NCBI GenBank assembly: GCA_963662465.1
Contig: OY759599.1
Location: 480,001 to 544,000, forward strand
From: Desulfatiglandales bacterium
Lineage (GTDB): Bacteria > Desulfobacterota > DSM-4660 > Desulfatiglandales > Desulfatiglandaceae
DNA: 64,000 nucleotides
Direction: 5' to 3'
Position numbers and translations under genes: made by a program. Positions within the stretch are counted from its first letter, which is position 1. Each line of letters opens with the position of its first letter. The notes under the pieces are model-generated. The model worked only from the letters and a program-made list of their open reading frames with translations, did not search any database and was not told the DNA's origin. Shown one piece after another: positions 8,018 to 17,855 of the stretch.

Positions 8018-9766
8018 TTGAAAACTATAAAAATCACATCATCTACGATCACAAGCCGGGACAATTTAGAAAATCACGTTCCTACGTTCCGCGTGGGAAT
8101 GGATTACAGTAAAGCCCTGGCTAAACTGTCCCGCTTTGTGGAGCGATTGGGAAAAATGCAACGTGTCAAAAATGATGAAGGAACTCGTGGAGATGAAAAC
8201 CGGGTGGAAAATAGTGCTTCGGATTATGAACAGGTGCCGCTAAACCTTGTTTTCGATTATCCGGTTAAATGGTCAAAATTCAAAGTGCTTCGGGATTTCG
8301 TGCAGAATTTCTATGATGCGGTAGGCTGGCGAAACTGGGATGTTCGATTTTCCTGGCGGATTGCTGAAGACAGGTTGTCTCTGTTCGTAAGAGATGTCGG
8401 TTTCAGCTATGACTGGCTTCTTCATATCGGGGCATCGACCAAACGCGATGATGGAGGAACCTATGCAGGCTTTTTCGGAGAGGGTTTCAAGATTGCTTCC
8501 CTCTGTGCTCTAAGGGACCATTCTTGGAGTGTCACTATGCATTCCCGCAACTGGGAATTGAAAGTTGTTACGGCCGTCATTGCAATCGATGAACAGTGGA
8601 TCGATACGTTGGCCTACAATATCCAACGACGGGATGAAGAAACGCGGGATACGGCCCTTCACATATCGCCTTTCCATGATTTAAACATTTTGAAGGCAGT
8701 GCTTCAAAGTTTCTATTATCCTGGAAACCCTTTGTTTGGTAATAAAATATGGGAGTCAGAAAGCGCTTCGGTGTATTTTCGGTCGGGTATTCAAAAACCC
8801 GCGGGATACCCGCAAACATTTGATGACAAGGGGCGGGGAATCGTATTTGGTGCTTACCAGGCTTTGGGATCGTTTCAATATCCCCTGATTTTCGCTTTGC
8901 ACAGTTTCCGATATGATGATCGCGAACGAAATACTTTTTATCGCATGGATGTGGTCAAACTAATCCATGAAGTTGCATCCAAACTGCCGCCGGAAGCGTC
9001 GATGGTGGTCCTTCTTGCGCTGAAGAACAGATGGTACGACCGTCCCAGGAAGAAATACGATTTCGAATCATGGCATCGCATCATCAGCACGCTGGTTCGG
9101 AATATCTCCACATCACCCGAACTTATGGCCCTGTGGAGAGAAACCAATCCACATCTGCTGGCGGCGCGGCAGGTGAGGCGAAAGGATATAGATCTGTACA
9201 ATCGGAGACAACAGGCACTCGAGTGGTTGAGAACGTCTAAAACGCGGTATCGTCTGGTGCAGTCCGCGTTTATTTTCATGGGCTATCCCACGGTCGAGGA
9301 GGCCTGCGAAGCAGATGACGGATTCAGTGTGGCCCATGAGCCTGTTGTGTCCGAGATAGGGTATATTCGCATGCTGGAGAAAGTGGCGCTGTGTTTACTC
9401 TCCGACCTGTTTTCAACAATTGCACTGCCGCCATGTAAAATCATCGAAAGTAAAAACGCGGTGTGGCAGGGGATGACAGTGATCATACCCCGGAAGGACC
9501 GAAGCCTGCGCTTTCGAGGGTTGCCCGTTCGGTACCTCTTGCCTTATGTTGCACTTAAACAGGAATTACTCATACCCGATGCATTTAGCCGTGCCCTCAG
9601 TACGTATCTTCATGAAATAGCGCATATGTTCGGTGCTGAAAGATCAGCTGCATTCAGCAATGCTCTGACCGAGCTGATGCATCTTGTTGTAACTCATTCA
9701 GAAATGATCGCTGAATGTCGAATGGGATGGGAAGTATTCTCGAAAAAACATTCGTCCACGGCATGA
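8018..9766 (+). CDS. GHKL-like ATPase domain fused to a C-terminal HEXXH metallopeptidase-like motif; true start probably downstream
   Basis: LRDFVQNFYDA (N-box-like), D.G, IGASTKR, GFFGEGFKIA (G2-box-like); YLHEIAH near the C-terminus. Confidence 0.65.
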   Translation: MKTIKITSSTITSRDNLENHVPTFRVGMDYSKALAKLSRFVERLGKMQRVKNDEGTRGDENRVENSASDYEQVPLNLVFDYPVKWSKFKVLRDFVQNFYDAVGWRNWDVRFSWRIAEDRLSLFVRDVGFSYDWLLHIGASTKRDDGGTYAGFFGEGFKIASLCALRDHSWSVTMHSRNWELKVVTAVIAIDEQWIDTLAYNIQRRDEETRDTALHISPFHDLNILKAVLQSFYYPGNPLFGNKIWESESASVYFRSGIQKPAGYPQTFDDKGRGIVFGAYQALGSFQYPLIFALHSFRYDDRERNTFYRMDVVKLIHEVASKLPPEASMVVLLALKNRWYDRPRKKYDFESWHRIISTLVRNISTSPELMALWRETNPHLLAARQVRRKDIDLYNRRQQALEWLRTSKTRYRLVQSAFIFMGYPTVEEACEADDGFSVAHEPVVSEIGYIRMLEKVALCLLSDLFSTIALPPCKIIESKNAVWQGMTVIIPRKDRSLRFRGLPVRYLLPYVALKQELLIPDAFSRALSTYLHEIAHMFGAERSAAFSNALTELMHLVVTHSEMIAECRMGWEVFSKKHSSTA

Positions 9767-9924
9767 GGTGTGAATAATAATGGTGGCCGAAAGGATGATT
9801 AAGGCCAAAAGTTCTTAAATACAAAGTGTTACAAATGTGAGAGATAAACTCTCTATTTTGTGTCGTGTTGTGAATCGGCCTTACGGATGGTACAATGAAA
9901 GGATGAAAAATAAGGAGACGACCC

Positions 9925-10830
9925 ATGCCGAAGAGAAAACTCATCACGTTTGACTGGGCCCTGAAGAAGCTGCTTCGCAGTAAGGCGAATTTTGGCATTT
10001 TGGAAGGGTTTTTAAGCGAGTTGCTCAAGGAAGACATTGCCATCCTGGAGATACTGGAGAGTGAGTCCAACCGGGAAGACCGCTTTGACAAATTCAACCG
10101 GGTGGATTTAAAGGTTCGCAACGGCAAGGGGGAGATCATCATTATCGAAGTTCAGTATGAACGGGAGTTCGATTATCTTCAGCGCATCCTGTATGGAACA
10201 TCGAAAGTGGTTACGGAGCATCTGGATGTTTCGGATCCGTATCATCGGGTGGTGAAGGTGATCTCCGTGAATATTCTATACTTTGATCTGGGTGTTGGAA
10301 CCGATTACATCTACCGGGGAACAACGACCTTCTACGGCATCCATACGGGCGACAGGCTGGATCTGAGCGCGGACCAGCAGAACTGGTATGGAAAGCAGGA
10401 AGTTTCGGATCTGTTCCCTGAATATTATCTTCTGAAAATCAATCAGTTTGACGATGTGGCCAAAACGACGCTGGATGAATGGATTTACTTTCTGAAAAAC
10501 GAAGAGATCAAGGATGAGTTTCAAGCCCGTGGCCTGAAGCAGGCCAAAGAGAAGCTTGACATTATGAAGCTGCCGGAGGAAGAGAGAAGGGCATTCGAGC
10601 GGTATGTGGACGACCTGCACTATCAGGCGAGCATGGTGGATTCATCCTATGGCATCGGGCGGATGAAAGGACGGGAAGAAGGGCTGGAGGAAGGATGGAA
10701 AGAGGGGCTGGAGGAAGGGATCAAAAAAGTCGCCGTGAGTCTGCTGACCATTCTTGATGATGCAACCATATCGGAAAAAACCGGAGTTTCTCTGGAGGAA
10801 GTGCGGCGGTTAAGACTGGATGCCGGATGA
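9925..10830 (+). CDS. Rpn family recombination-promoting nuclease / PD-(D/E)XK putative transposase
   Basis: FDWALKKLL, RVDLKV, IIIEVQ, LDEWIYFLK, C-terminal EEG repeats. Confidence 0.9.
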   Translation: MPKRKLITFDWALKKLLRSKANFGILEGFLSELLKEDIAILEILESESNREDRFDKFNRVDLKVRNGKGEIIIIEVQYEREFDYLQRILYGTSKVVTEHLDVSDPYHRVVKVISVNILYFDLGVGTDYIYRGTTTFYGIHTGDRLDLSADQQNWYGKQEVSDLFPEYYLLKINQFDDVAKTTLDEWIYFLKNEEIKDEFQARGLKQAKEKLDIMKLPEEERRAFERYVDDLHYQASMVDSSYGIGRMKGREEGLEEGWKEGLEEGIKKVAVSLLTILDDATISEKTGVSLEEVRRLRLDAG

Positions 10831-11062
10831 CATGGCACTCGGCGCCGGAGGTTTCTGTTCGCAGTTGGTGCGTTCTTCTCAGATCTTCCAGCAGAAGCGG
10901 CAGAAGCGGCTTTTGGCTTTTGCCGTCAACATTTTGCGGTACGCCGATAGCGCCTTCGAAGACCAGCCTTTTTCCAGGCAATGAAACACAAGTGAATTCC
11001 ACCGTTGGGCCGATTACGCCATGGGGGAGGAAAGCAGGTACATGGGACCATGGAGGTGAAAG

Positions 11063-12111
11063 ATGATGGAGAAATCAGTTTTTGCGATTGCAGGCTATCT
11101 GCTTCTGGGCCTGGTGCTGCTTCTTGCCGGGTGCGGCAGCAGTGATAACGGCGGTAACAGCACTACCCCCGGGCTTCAGTGGGGGGCGTGCCCGGACTAT
11201 TTCGGCGAGCAGGGATTAGAGTGCGCCACGGTGCAACTCCCGTTGAACCATAACAACCCGGATGGGGAAACCATCTCCGTCCTCATGGCTCGGGCAGTGG
11301 GCACGCCCGTAGAGAAAAAGGGGGATGTCTGGTTTATTGCCGGTGGCCCGGGCAGCTCCTCCGAATATTTTGCTGAAAACATGGTTTCCTATGCCAAAAC
11401 CCATCCCCAATGGAACTATTACACCATGGAACATCGCGGGGTGGGGGCCTCCACAAGACTGGATTGCCCGAATATTGCGCCCACGGGTTACTTTTATGGG
11501 CGAGAGTATTATGAGGAATTGGAAAAGCAGTGGGGAAACGGGGTTCAATACTTCAACACTTCTCAGGCCGCACGCGACCTGGGGACCCTGATTGGCTCAC
11601 CCGCCGGCCCCAGAGGGAAGTTTTCCTGTACGCTGTTTCCTACGGGACCTACCTGGCTCAGCGGTTTATGTGCCTGAACCCGGCGCCCGTGAACGGCGTC
11701 ATTCTGGACGGCGTGGTCCCGGCCGGGCTGTTGGATAATATGGGGGGGGCCATCGGCTGGTACGATCGGGATTTTGATAAGGTCGGTCACGCTATTATGG
11801 AACGATGCGCCGAGGATCCGGTCTGTGCGGAAAAAATAATGGAAATCGCGGGGAGCGATCCATGGCAGGCGGTGGAACATGTTTTCAATCGGGTCGACGA
11901 GGGAGGGCTTTGCCCGGCCTTTGCCCCACTCGACCGGGAAGTCCTTCGCAACGTGCTGGGCGCGTTTTCTGCTGACTGGAGCCTGAGAATGCTGGTTCCG
12001 GCAATCTTTTACCGTCTGAACCGATGCAACACCGATGACCAGGAGGCCATTTACCGGCTCTTTGATGACTCGGAAGGCTTTCATCAGAACAGTATAAAAT
12101 GCTTTTCATGA
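11063..12111 (+). pseudogene. Lipoprotein alpha/beta hydrolase (TAP-like peptidase), frameshifted near 11594 and lacking the C-terminal part
   Basis: Lipobox LLAGC, GGPGSS, HRGVG in the first frame; AVSYG and ILDGV in the second frame. Confidence 0.75.
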
Positions 12112-12156
12112 TTTGGTTGAAGTGCGGACAGTGTCTCTTTAAAAACGAAGCGTCCG

Positions 12157-12594
12157 CTAATGCAAGGTTTTGCCGCCGGGGGCCAGTGTCACATTACGAT
12201 CTCCGCTCACATCAACAGCGACGCTTCTGAAGCGGGCGAACTTTGTTTCAATGCTTTGGGGCAACATGGAAATGGACATCAGGCCCATGTTGATATCCTT
12301 AAAAAAAATGAGACTGCCCATCTGCCCGTTTAAGAAAAATGCGCCGTGAAAAAAAGGATATTTCGGGAATTTGAGAAGTAAAAATTTGGTCATTTTTACC
12401 TCATCCTGGAGTGCGGATTTTCCAGCTTCTTTGAGGATTTGCTTTAGCATTGGGTTTTTAGCTCTTTTGCACATTCGAAGGAAATCTTCGCGGTCCGCCA
12501 AACGCTCAAAGAAATAGTCGAAAATTTCTGAAAAGTCATCCGATTCCTGCAAAAGGACTTTTAACTGTTCAATTTCTTTTTGGAATTTAGACAT
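12157..12594 (-). CDS. Hypothetical protein
   Basis: Clean ORF with protein-like composition; ATG at 12594 preferred; no recognised motif. Confidence 0.55.
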   Translation of the reverse strand: MSKFQKEIEQLKVLLQESDDFSEIFDYFFERLADREDFLRMCKRAKNPMLKQILKEAGKSALQDEVKMTKFLLLKFPKYPFFHGAFFLNGQMGSLIFFKDINMGLMSISMLPQSIETKFARFRSVAVDVSGDRNVTLAPGGKTLH

Positions 12595-12826
12595 TTTAGG
12601 AGTTCCGGCAACGTTTTTTGATAAAAACTCGCTTTTTTCAGATGGAATGTAGAACAATCCGCCGTGCGGGTCAAATACAAAATTCCTTAGCTGTTTACCA
12701 TGAAAATGCAGCCGTTAGCCATTAGCTGTTAGCTGTTAGCTTAAAAGCGGTAGATGTTATTTTCATGTTTGGGGGTGGCAAATCCCTTGTCATGGGGGTT
12801 TACCCTAAAATTCATTTCGGTAAACG

Positions 12827-14042
12827 TTACGACGTTCGGCACAGGACCTTTTTGAAATTTTTAAGGAGCGGGTAAAGGAAAATTGTTTTGGGCGCCTTGT
12901 TTTTCTTTTGAGTTCTGAAGTAACTGTATCCGGCGGTGCTGCCCGCCTCGATTCAGTTGGCGGCACGGTAACACGTGCCTGAGAATCGATCCTGTTGCAC
13001 AAATGTCTCCAGCAGTACCGGTTGAATGCCATAGGTCGCCTTCCAGTCCGAGGAAACCCTTTTCGCAATTCGCCCGAGAATTATCGAGGCCAGGTTCGTG
13101 CATTGAACCCATGGCAGGATGAGAAATCGACTGTTGTCGATGACCTGGTTCAAGTGCATTTCCCGTTGCCGGTCATCCCAGCCGATAAAGGTATCCCGGC
13201 TTGCCAGTCGCCAGGCGGCATGGGAAAAAGCGATGCCCCCCAGCAGGGCGTCAGGATTTGCACCCCGGATAAGGTACCGAAGCTGGGGTCGAACAATTTT
13301 GGCCTTTTCAGGTAATGGTACCGGCTCATCATGATGTTCCACAGATCCTGTTGGTCTGGCTTCCGGATTGGCACAAACACCAGTGGATCGAGGTCTTTGG
13401 AACGCCAAAGGCGTGTTTCCCGCTGATCGAGGAGGGAAGACGTGGGTATCTTTTTTTTGCGGTAGGGTTTGCGGGGTAGCACTTTCGGCAATCGGATGAT
13501 GTTGTCCATGTCCATCCGTTTCAGGATATCCGTGAGGGTTTTGTCCTTGGCTTTTCCCGTGGGGGAATAGAAGGCGAAGTCGTGGCATGTGATCTTCGCC
13601 AGTTCGCCGCGTGTCGCCTCGGGATGGGCAACGATGAGCGCTCTGATTTTCTGAATCATGGGACCGGTGAAATTGATGCCGATATAGCGAACAGAGAAAG
13701 ACTTCCAATCCATTCCTTTCCGGTTTGACGGTTTTTCCAGCATATCGAGCATTTTTTCCACTCGGGTTTCTCTCCATGTGGGTTTCCGGGTCGGATGCTG
13801 GAGGGATTTTATCCCCTGTTTTGAAAAGGCTTCCACGCATTTGACGACCGTCTCCGGTGGAACCCGAACATCCATCACGAGGCTTTCCAGGGGCCTGCCC
13901 GCAAGTGCCCCCAGGATGACCTTGGCCCGTTTGATGTGCCAGATGCACAAAGTGCTTTGCGCCATCTCCTTCAGCCTTTTTCTCTGGTCGGTGGAGCAGT
14001 CGATATGGGGCAGACGCAGAATGGGTGCGGACCCGCCCTCAT
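12827..14042 (-). pseudogene. HTH (IS630-N-terminus-like) + DUF4338 (Druantia DruA-like) protein with a frameshift at about 13290, an in-frame TGA at 12953-12955, and possibly another frameshift just after the ATG
   Basis: LWN.MMSRYHYL..(G)PQLRYL, AAWRLASRD.FIGW, NSRFLILPWV...NLAS, PVLLETFV, GTCYRAAN*IEAG.T..PKTIFLYPL; ATG at 14042 overlaps the upstream TGA. Confidence 0.75.
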
Positions 14043-16147
14043 GAGTGCTTTTTTCTTGTTCCAGCCAGAGACGCAATATATTCCCCCTTTTTATGGCGCT
14101 GGTTGTATCGAAAAATCGTATCCACCAGCCCCATGTGAAGCTGTCCATAGGTTTCGGCGTATCGCCGGCTGACCCAGCGGTAGTAATTTTCCACGCTTTT
14201 CATGTTTTGGGTGAACATGATGCCCACCAGTTGATCGATCAATGGGTCCGGGTCCATCCCGAAAAAATCCTGAGTATCGGGTGGGGGTCCCCCCTTGATG
14301 GGCAGGTATTTCTGTGTGAACACGTATGCGCCGGGGAGAGAACGCAGAAACCTGAAACGCTCGACATCATCGGCAAGGGTCGTGTCAAACCCGTACATGC
14401 AGATGAATTCCACATTGTCTCGCGGCTTGAAATCAAACAGCCGATATTTTCGGGCTACCCGGTCCAGATGCTGGTTATGGTTTAGACTGAAATGAAAATT
14501 ACGCCGGGTAAAGCGGGTATTGCTGCACTGTATCCTCCTAAGGAGTTTGGCCCGTTCCCGGTTTACCAGGCGCAAATCCAGGGTCTGGGTGAAATTCACC
14601 ATGACATTTTTTTCCGCCATTTCCAACAGGAATCGATCTGCATTCGGGTGACTCAGGATATTGTCATCCAGCAGGATGAGTTTTTTCAGGCGGCCCCCTT
14701 CCAGCAGCGTATCCAGATTGCTCACCTGTCGGGGTTTTCCCTCTTTCGGGGGGACCACGCAGAATGGACAGTCAAACGGGCAGCCCCGGGTGATGAACCC
14801 GATGGCTCGGTCGCCCAGTTCCGGATAGAGGGTGTAGTCCGCGTGCAGGGCCTCCACCGCATCGGGCAGGCGTGAGGAAATGTCCTCCCCCGTGCCTCCC
14901 AGGGTCAGTTTGTCGCCGTAATGCCGCCGCAGGCGCCGGTTTCGCCTCATAGACAGGGGAGTATAGAACACTGTGGATGCATAGACCCTGTCCGGACCTT
15001 TCACAAGACAGTCTCTTTTTTCCAGCCGTACGGTATGCCCCTTTTGCCGATGGTAAGCGGATAGCTTCATCAGGGCCAGGTTCGGCAGACGTCCGTCCAC
15101 ATCGATCAGGAGGATCGTCTCCTTCGGCAGACGGACAGGCCCGTGTTTGTACCGGGGTTCTTCCGCATCCGGGAGGGGGAGATGCTTTTGCAGAAGAGAT
15201 GAGGGAAGGCTTTCTACAGCAGTCATTCCGGTTGACAGAATAAACTGGAGTCGGGGAAACAGCGTATCCAGCAATATCATATAGTCCGTAAAACGCTCAG
15301 GGGTGCAGAAGGTTTCCGGTTGGTCCATAAGGACAAGCCCCGGCATTTCCATGGGCGTGGCGGATGTGGGAAAGGCGTCCAGCATGTGACGAACCATGTC
15401 CAGTATGGGAAGGACGGCATGCTGCCGGCGGGGATGAAGCGCATGCCAAATTTCATTGGCATCGACGGTCACGTCGGGCCATGAATCCGTATTGATATCC
15501 AGTTGCTGCTTTAGCAGTTCGCACAGGGCATGAAGCACATTTTGAGAAGGTTTCCGACCACATTGAATTCCCTTGTAACGGAGCCGATCTATGAAATCAA
15601 CGGGGTTGGTCAAGGGTGCATGGTGCATCAGCAGAGAATGAAAGCGGGTGCGGCGAAAGAGGGGATCCGTGAATTGAAAATCCTCTCCCCGCGGCCCTGG
15701 TCTGTACCCCGCGCCGTAAGCGAGGAGCAGGTGCGCGGAGGCCTGGGCAAGGATATTCAATTTTCTTGCGGGCACGATCCACGAAATCAGAGTGAGGTCT
15801 TTGGTCCGCAACGCAGTGACATGCCCCTTGGCATCCACATCAACCCCGCTTCCCATCACCGATACGCCCCGGTTCTTGTGATCCAGGGGGTAATGACGGG
15901 CCAGCACATGGGCCACCCGGACGGGCCGATGATGGTTTCCGACGATCTCTGTCGGGAGAGGGAGTGCATTGAGATATTTTTCTCCCCCCAGCCCCATGGT
16001 GATCAGCGTCAGCAGTTCTCTGCCCGCCAGGTCGTTTGGCAGAAAGGTCCATTTGGCGATGGTTCGGCTGCTTCGCGTTTCTTGAAAGCGAAAGTGGCCG
16101 TTTCCGTTATGGGTGCTGTTTTCAACAAACAGTTCCAGCAGGTACAT
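14039..16147 (-). CDS. Degenerate ABC/AAA_21-type ATPase domain fused to a radical SAM domain
   Basis: C-half: IDVDGRLPNLALMKLS, GGTG, DYTLYP, TRGCPFDCPFC, LLDDN. N-half aligns by eye to PtuA-type ATPases (AYGAG.R, GLVLMDQPE, FPRLQFILST) without catalytic residues. Confidence 0.75.
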   Translation of the reverse strand: MYLLELFVENSTHNGNGHFRFQETRSSRTIAKWTFLPNDLAGRELLTLITMGLGGEKYLNALPLPTEIVGNHHRPVRVAHVLARHYPLDHKNRGVSVMGSGVDVDAKGHVTALRTKDLTLISWIVPARKLNILAQASAHLLLAYGAGYRPGPRGEDFQFTDPLFRRTRFHSLLMHHAPLTNPVDFIDRLRYKGIQCGRKPSQNVLHALCELLKQQLDINTDSWPDVTVDANEIWHALHPRRQHAVLPILDMVRHMLDAFPTSATPMEMPGLVLMDQPETFCTPERFTDYMILLDTLFPRLQFILSTGMTAVESLPSSLLQKHLPLPDAEEPRYKHGPVRLPKETILLIDVDGRLPNLALMKLSAYHRQKGHTVRLEKRDCLVKGPDRVYASTVFYTPLSMRRNRRLRRHYGDKLTLGGTGEDISSRLPDAVEALHADYTLYPELGDRAIGFITRGCPFDCPFCVVPPKEGKPRQVSNLDTLLEGGRLKKLILLDDNILSHPNADRFLLEMAEKNVMVNFTQTLDLRLVNRERAKLLRRIQCSNTRFTRRNFHFSLNHNQHLDRVARKYRLFDFKPRDNVEFICMYGFDTTLADDVERFRFLRSLPGAYVFTQKYLPIKGGPPPDTQDFFGMDPDPLIDQLVGIMFTQNMKSVENYYRWVSRRYAETYGQLHMGLVDTIFRYNQRHKKGEYIASLAGTRKKHS

Positions 16148-16540
16148 AGGCTAAAGCGGCATGGCCGCAGTTTTAAGTTTTAAGTTGCTCTATCGAAGAA
16201 TTTTTCGGCCTTTATGACAGAAAACCAGAAAATAGGGTAGTAAAAGTTGACGTTTTCACCTTTAAGTTACCATTTCCCGTTTCCATTGACTTAGGAGGTG
16301 CTTTCCTCTTATTAAGAGACAGGTGTTTCCGCAATCAGGAGATGAGTATCCTGACAAGCTGACTGTTTCGCTGCCGAATAACCTTGGAACAATGAACCCG
16401 TGAACGGTTACGCCTATTGAAATGGATTCATGGGGAGACCGGGCTGTGGAGTCTTGTGGGAGAGGCTTTCAGTTTCGATGTGCCGGTTCCACAGAAAAAG
16501 ACCTGGGCGGAGCAGGCTTCCGCCGAAATGGAGGCATGCA

Positions 16541-17584
16541 TTGCAAAGTAAAAACGGAACCGATTATTTACACAATTACGATTTCATTGTAAAATGGCTT
16601 GCGGAGGCGCTCAAAGGGCAAACGCTGGATGCTATCGGGATCAAGACCGGCCAGGTGGAAGAGGTGTTTGCATTTGAGCCGGTGGATATTGCTGTGAAAG
16701 CAGGGCGGGTGGATGTGATGGTGCGGGATGATGCGGGCGCCTTGTTTCACATTGAGGAACAGCGGGACCTGAAAAGGTCGGACCTGTATCGTTTTGCTGC
16801 GTATCATTTCCTGGGCGCCAAGAAATGGGGACCGGGAATGGTAGATGTGATTCTGGCCTCCGGAGACGTGCAGGCAGGAACTCGAAGCCTCAAGACCGCC
16901 AGCGGGGTGTATGAACCCGTGGTCCTTGATTTCAGCGATCGAAACGGGGAAAAGCGGCTGGCGGAAATCCGAGCGGAGGTGAAAGCCGGGACATTCAAGA
17001 ACTGGCTGGAGTTGGTGGTATTGCCTCTGTATGGCAAGGCAAAAGGTGAGGAACGCGCCCGGTTCGTGGAAGAGGTGGTCCGTTTTGAAGTGGCGCTGTT
17101 TCGGGCAAACAAGATATCGGCTCGGCTGACCGCGGCGACGTTGATTCTGTCGAATAAGATGATGGACAAGAAACGCCTCAAAGCGATGTGGGAGGAGATA
17201 AAGATGCTGGATATTATAGAAATTGCAAGAGAAAAAGGGATAGAGGAAGGTTTGGATAGAGGCAAGAGCCTGGGGATTGTAGAAGGCAAGAGCCTGGGGA
17301 TTGTAGAAGGCAAGAGCCTGGGAATTCAGGAAGGCTTGGATAGAGGCAAGAGCCTGGGTAGTGTGGAAATCGCCCGGGAGATGCTTCTGGATCTGTTGTT
17401 TGAGAAGTTTGGCGCTGTGCCGGATGAAATGCAGGATGAGATTGGGCGGATTGATTCCCTGTTCAATCTGAAAACGCTTTTCCGGCAGGCCTTTAAGTGC
17501 AATGACATGGAAGCCTTTGGGGGGATGGTACACCGGGTTCGGGGGGTATCGGAACATGGGGATAAGCGCGGGAAGGTTTCGTGA
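16541..17584 (+). CDS. Rpn-like PD-(D/E)XK protein with a repeat-containing C-terminus
   Basis: TTG at 16541 after GGAGG; YD.IVK, RVDVMV, FHIEEQ, EKG..EG repeats, EKFG.VP tail. Confidence 0.75.
   Translation: MQSKNGTDYLHNYDFIVKWLAEALKGQTLDAIGIKTGQVEEVFAFEPVDIAVKAGRVDVMVRDDAGALFHIEEQRDLKRSDLYRFAAYHFLGAKKWGPGMVDVILASGDVQAGTRSLKTASGVYEPVVLDFSDRNGEKRLAEIRAEVKAGTFKNWLELVVLPLYGKAKGEERARFVEEVVRFEVALFRANKISARLTAATLILSNKMMDKKRLKAMWEEIKMLDIIEIAREKGIEEGLDRGKSLGIVEGKSLGIVEGKSLGIQEGLDRGKSLGSVEIAREMLLDLLFEKFGAVPDEMQDEIGRIDSLFNLKTLFRQAFKCNDMEAFGGMVHRVRGVSEHGDKRGKVS
17250..17358 (+). repeat. In-frame 24-bp tandem repeats encoding GKSLGIVE-type units
   Basis: aggcaagagcctggg occurs four times. Confidence 0.9.
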
Positions 17585-17775
17585 AACGACTGGGGTTCGC
17601 GTTTAAATGCAGCGACGCCCCGACCCTGACCAAATCGATGCACATCGCTTTGGCGGATTTGGGTCTCCAGAGACTCTTCATCGTTTACCCCGGAAATGAA
17701 CGCTATCGGCTTCATGAAAAAATAGAAGTGTTGCCATTAAGGGACTGTGTTAATTTGAAAGAAACTGATATCTAA
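17581..17775 (+). pseudogene. C-terminal DUF4143 fragment of an AAA_14 ATPase
   Basis: KRLGF.FK.SDAP.LTKSM..A..DL.L..L.IVYPG; only 64 aa. Confidence 0.65.
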
Positions 17776-17855
17776 CTCGTGATATGAGTTTAAGTTGCAG
17801 ACGAAGTGGTGGAATATCTTGGAGAAACCCGCGTTTTTAAAATCGAGAGATCATC

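Noticed and set aside
7306..9925. A complete DGR (template repeat and reverse transcriptase)
   Set aside because: No AAC-rich copy of the VR and no RT motifs seen here or elsewhere in the window
10721..11066. Short ORFs between the Rpn gene and the hydrolase
   Set aside because: No recognisable family or convincing start; possibly a remnant but unsupported
12953..12955. Selenocysteine or recoded TGA in the DUF4338 gene
   Set aside because: The position corresponds to the Trp of the AANW motif (TGG to TGA) and other genes use TGA as stop; nonsense mutation or sequencing error is simpler
12827..14042. Complete Druantia system or an intact IS630/IS4 element
   Set aside because: No DruE-type helicase or other dru genes, no DDE domain and no terminal inverted repeats seen
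17250..17358. CRISPR-like repeats
   Set aside because: In-frame coding tandem repeats without unique spacers; no cas genes
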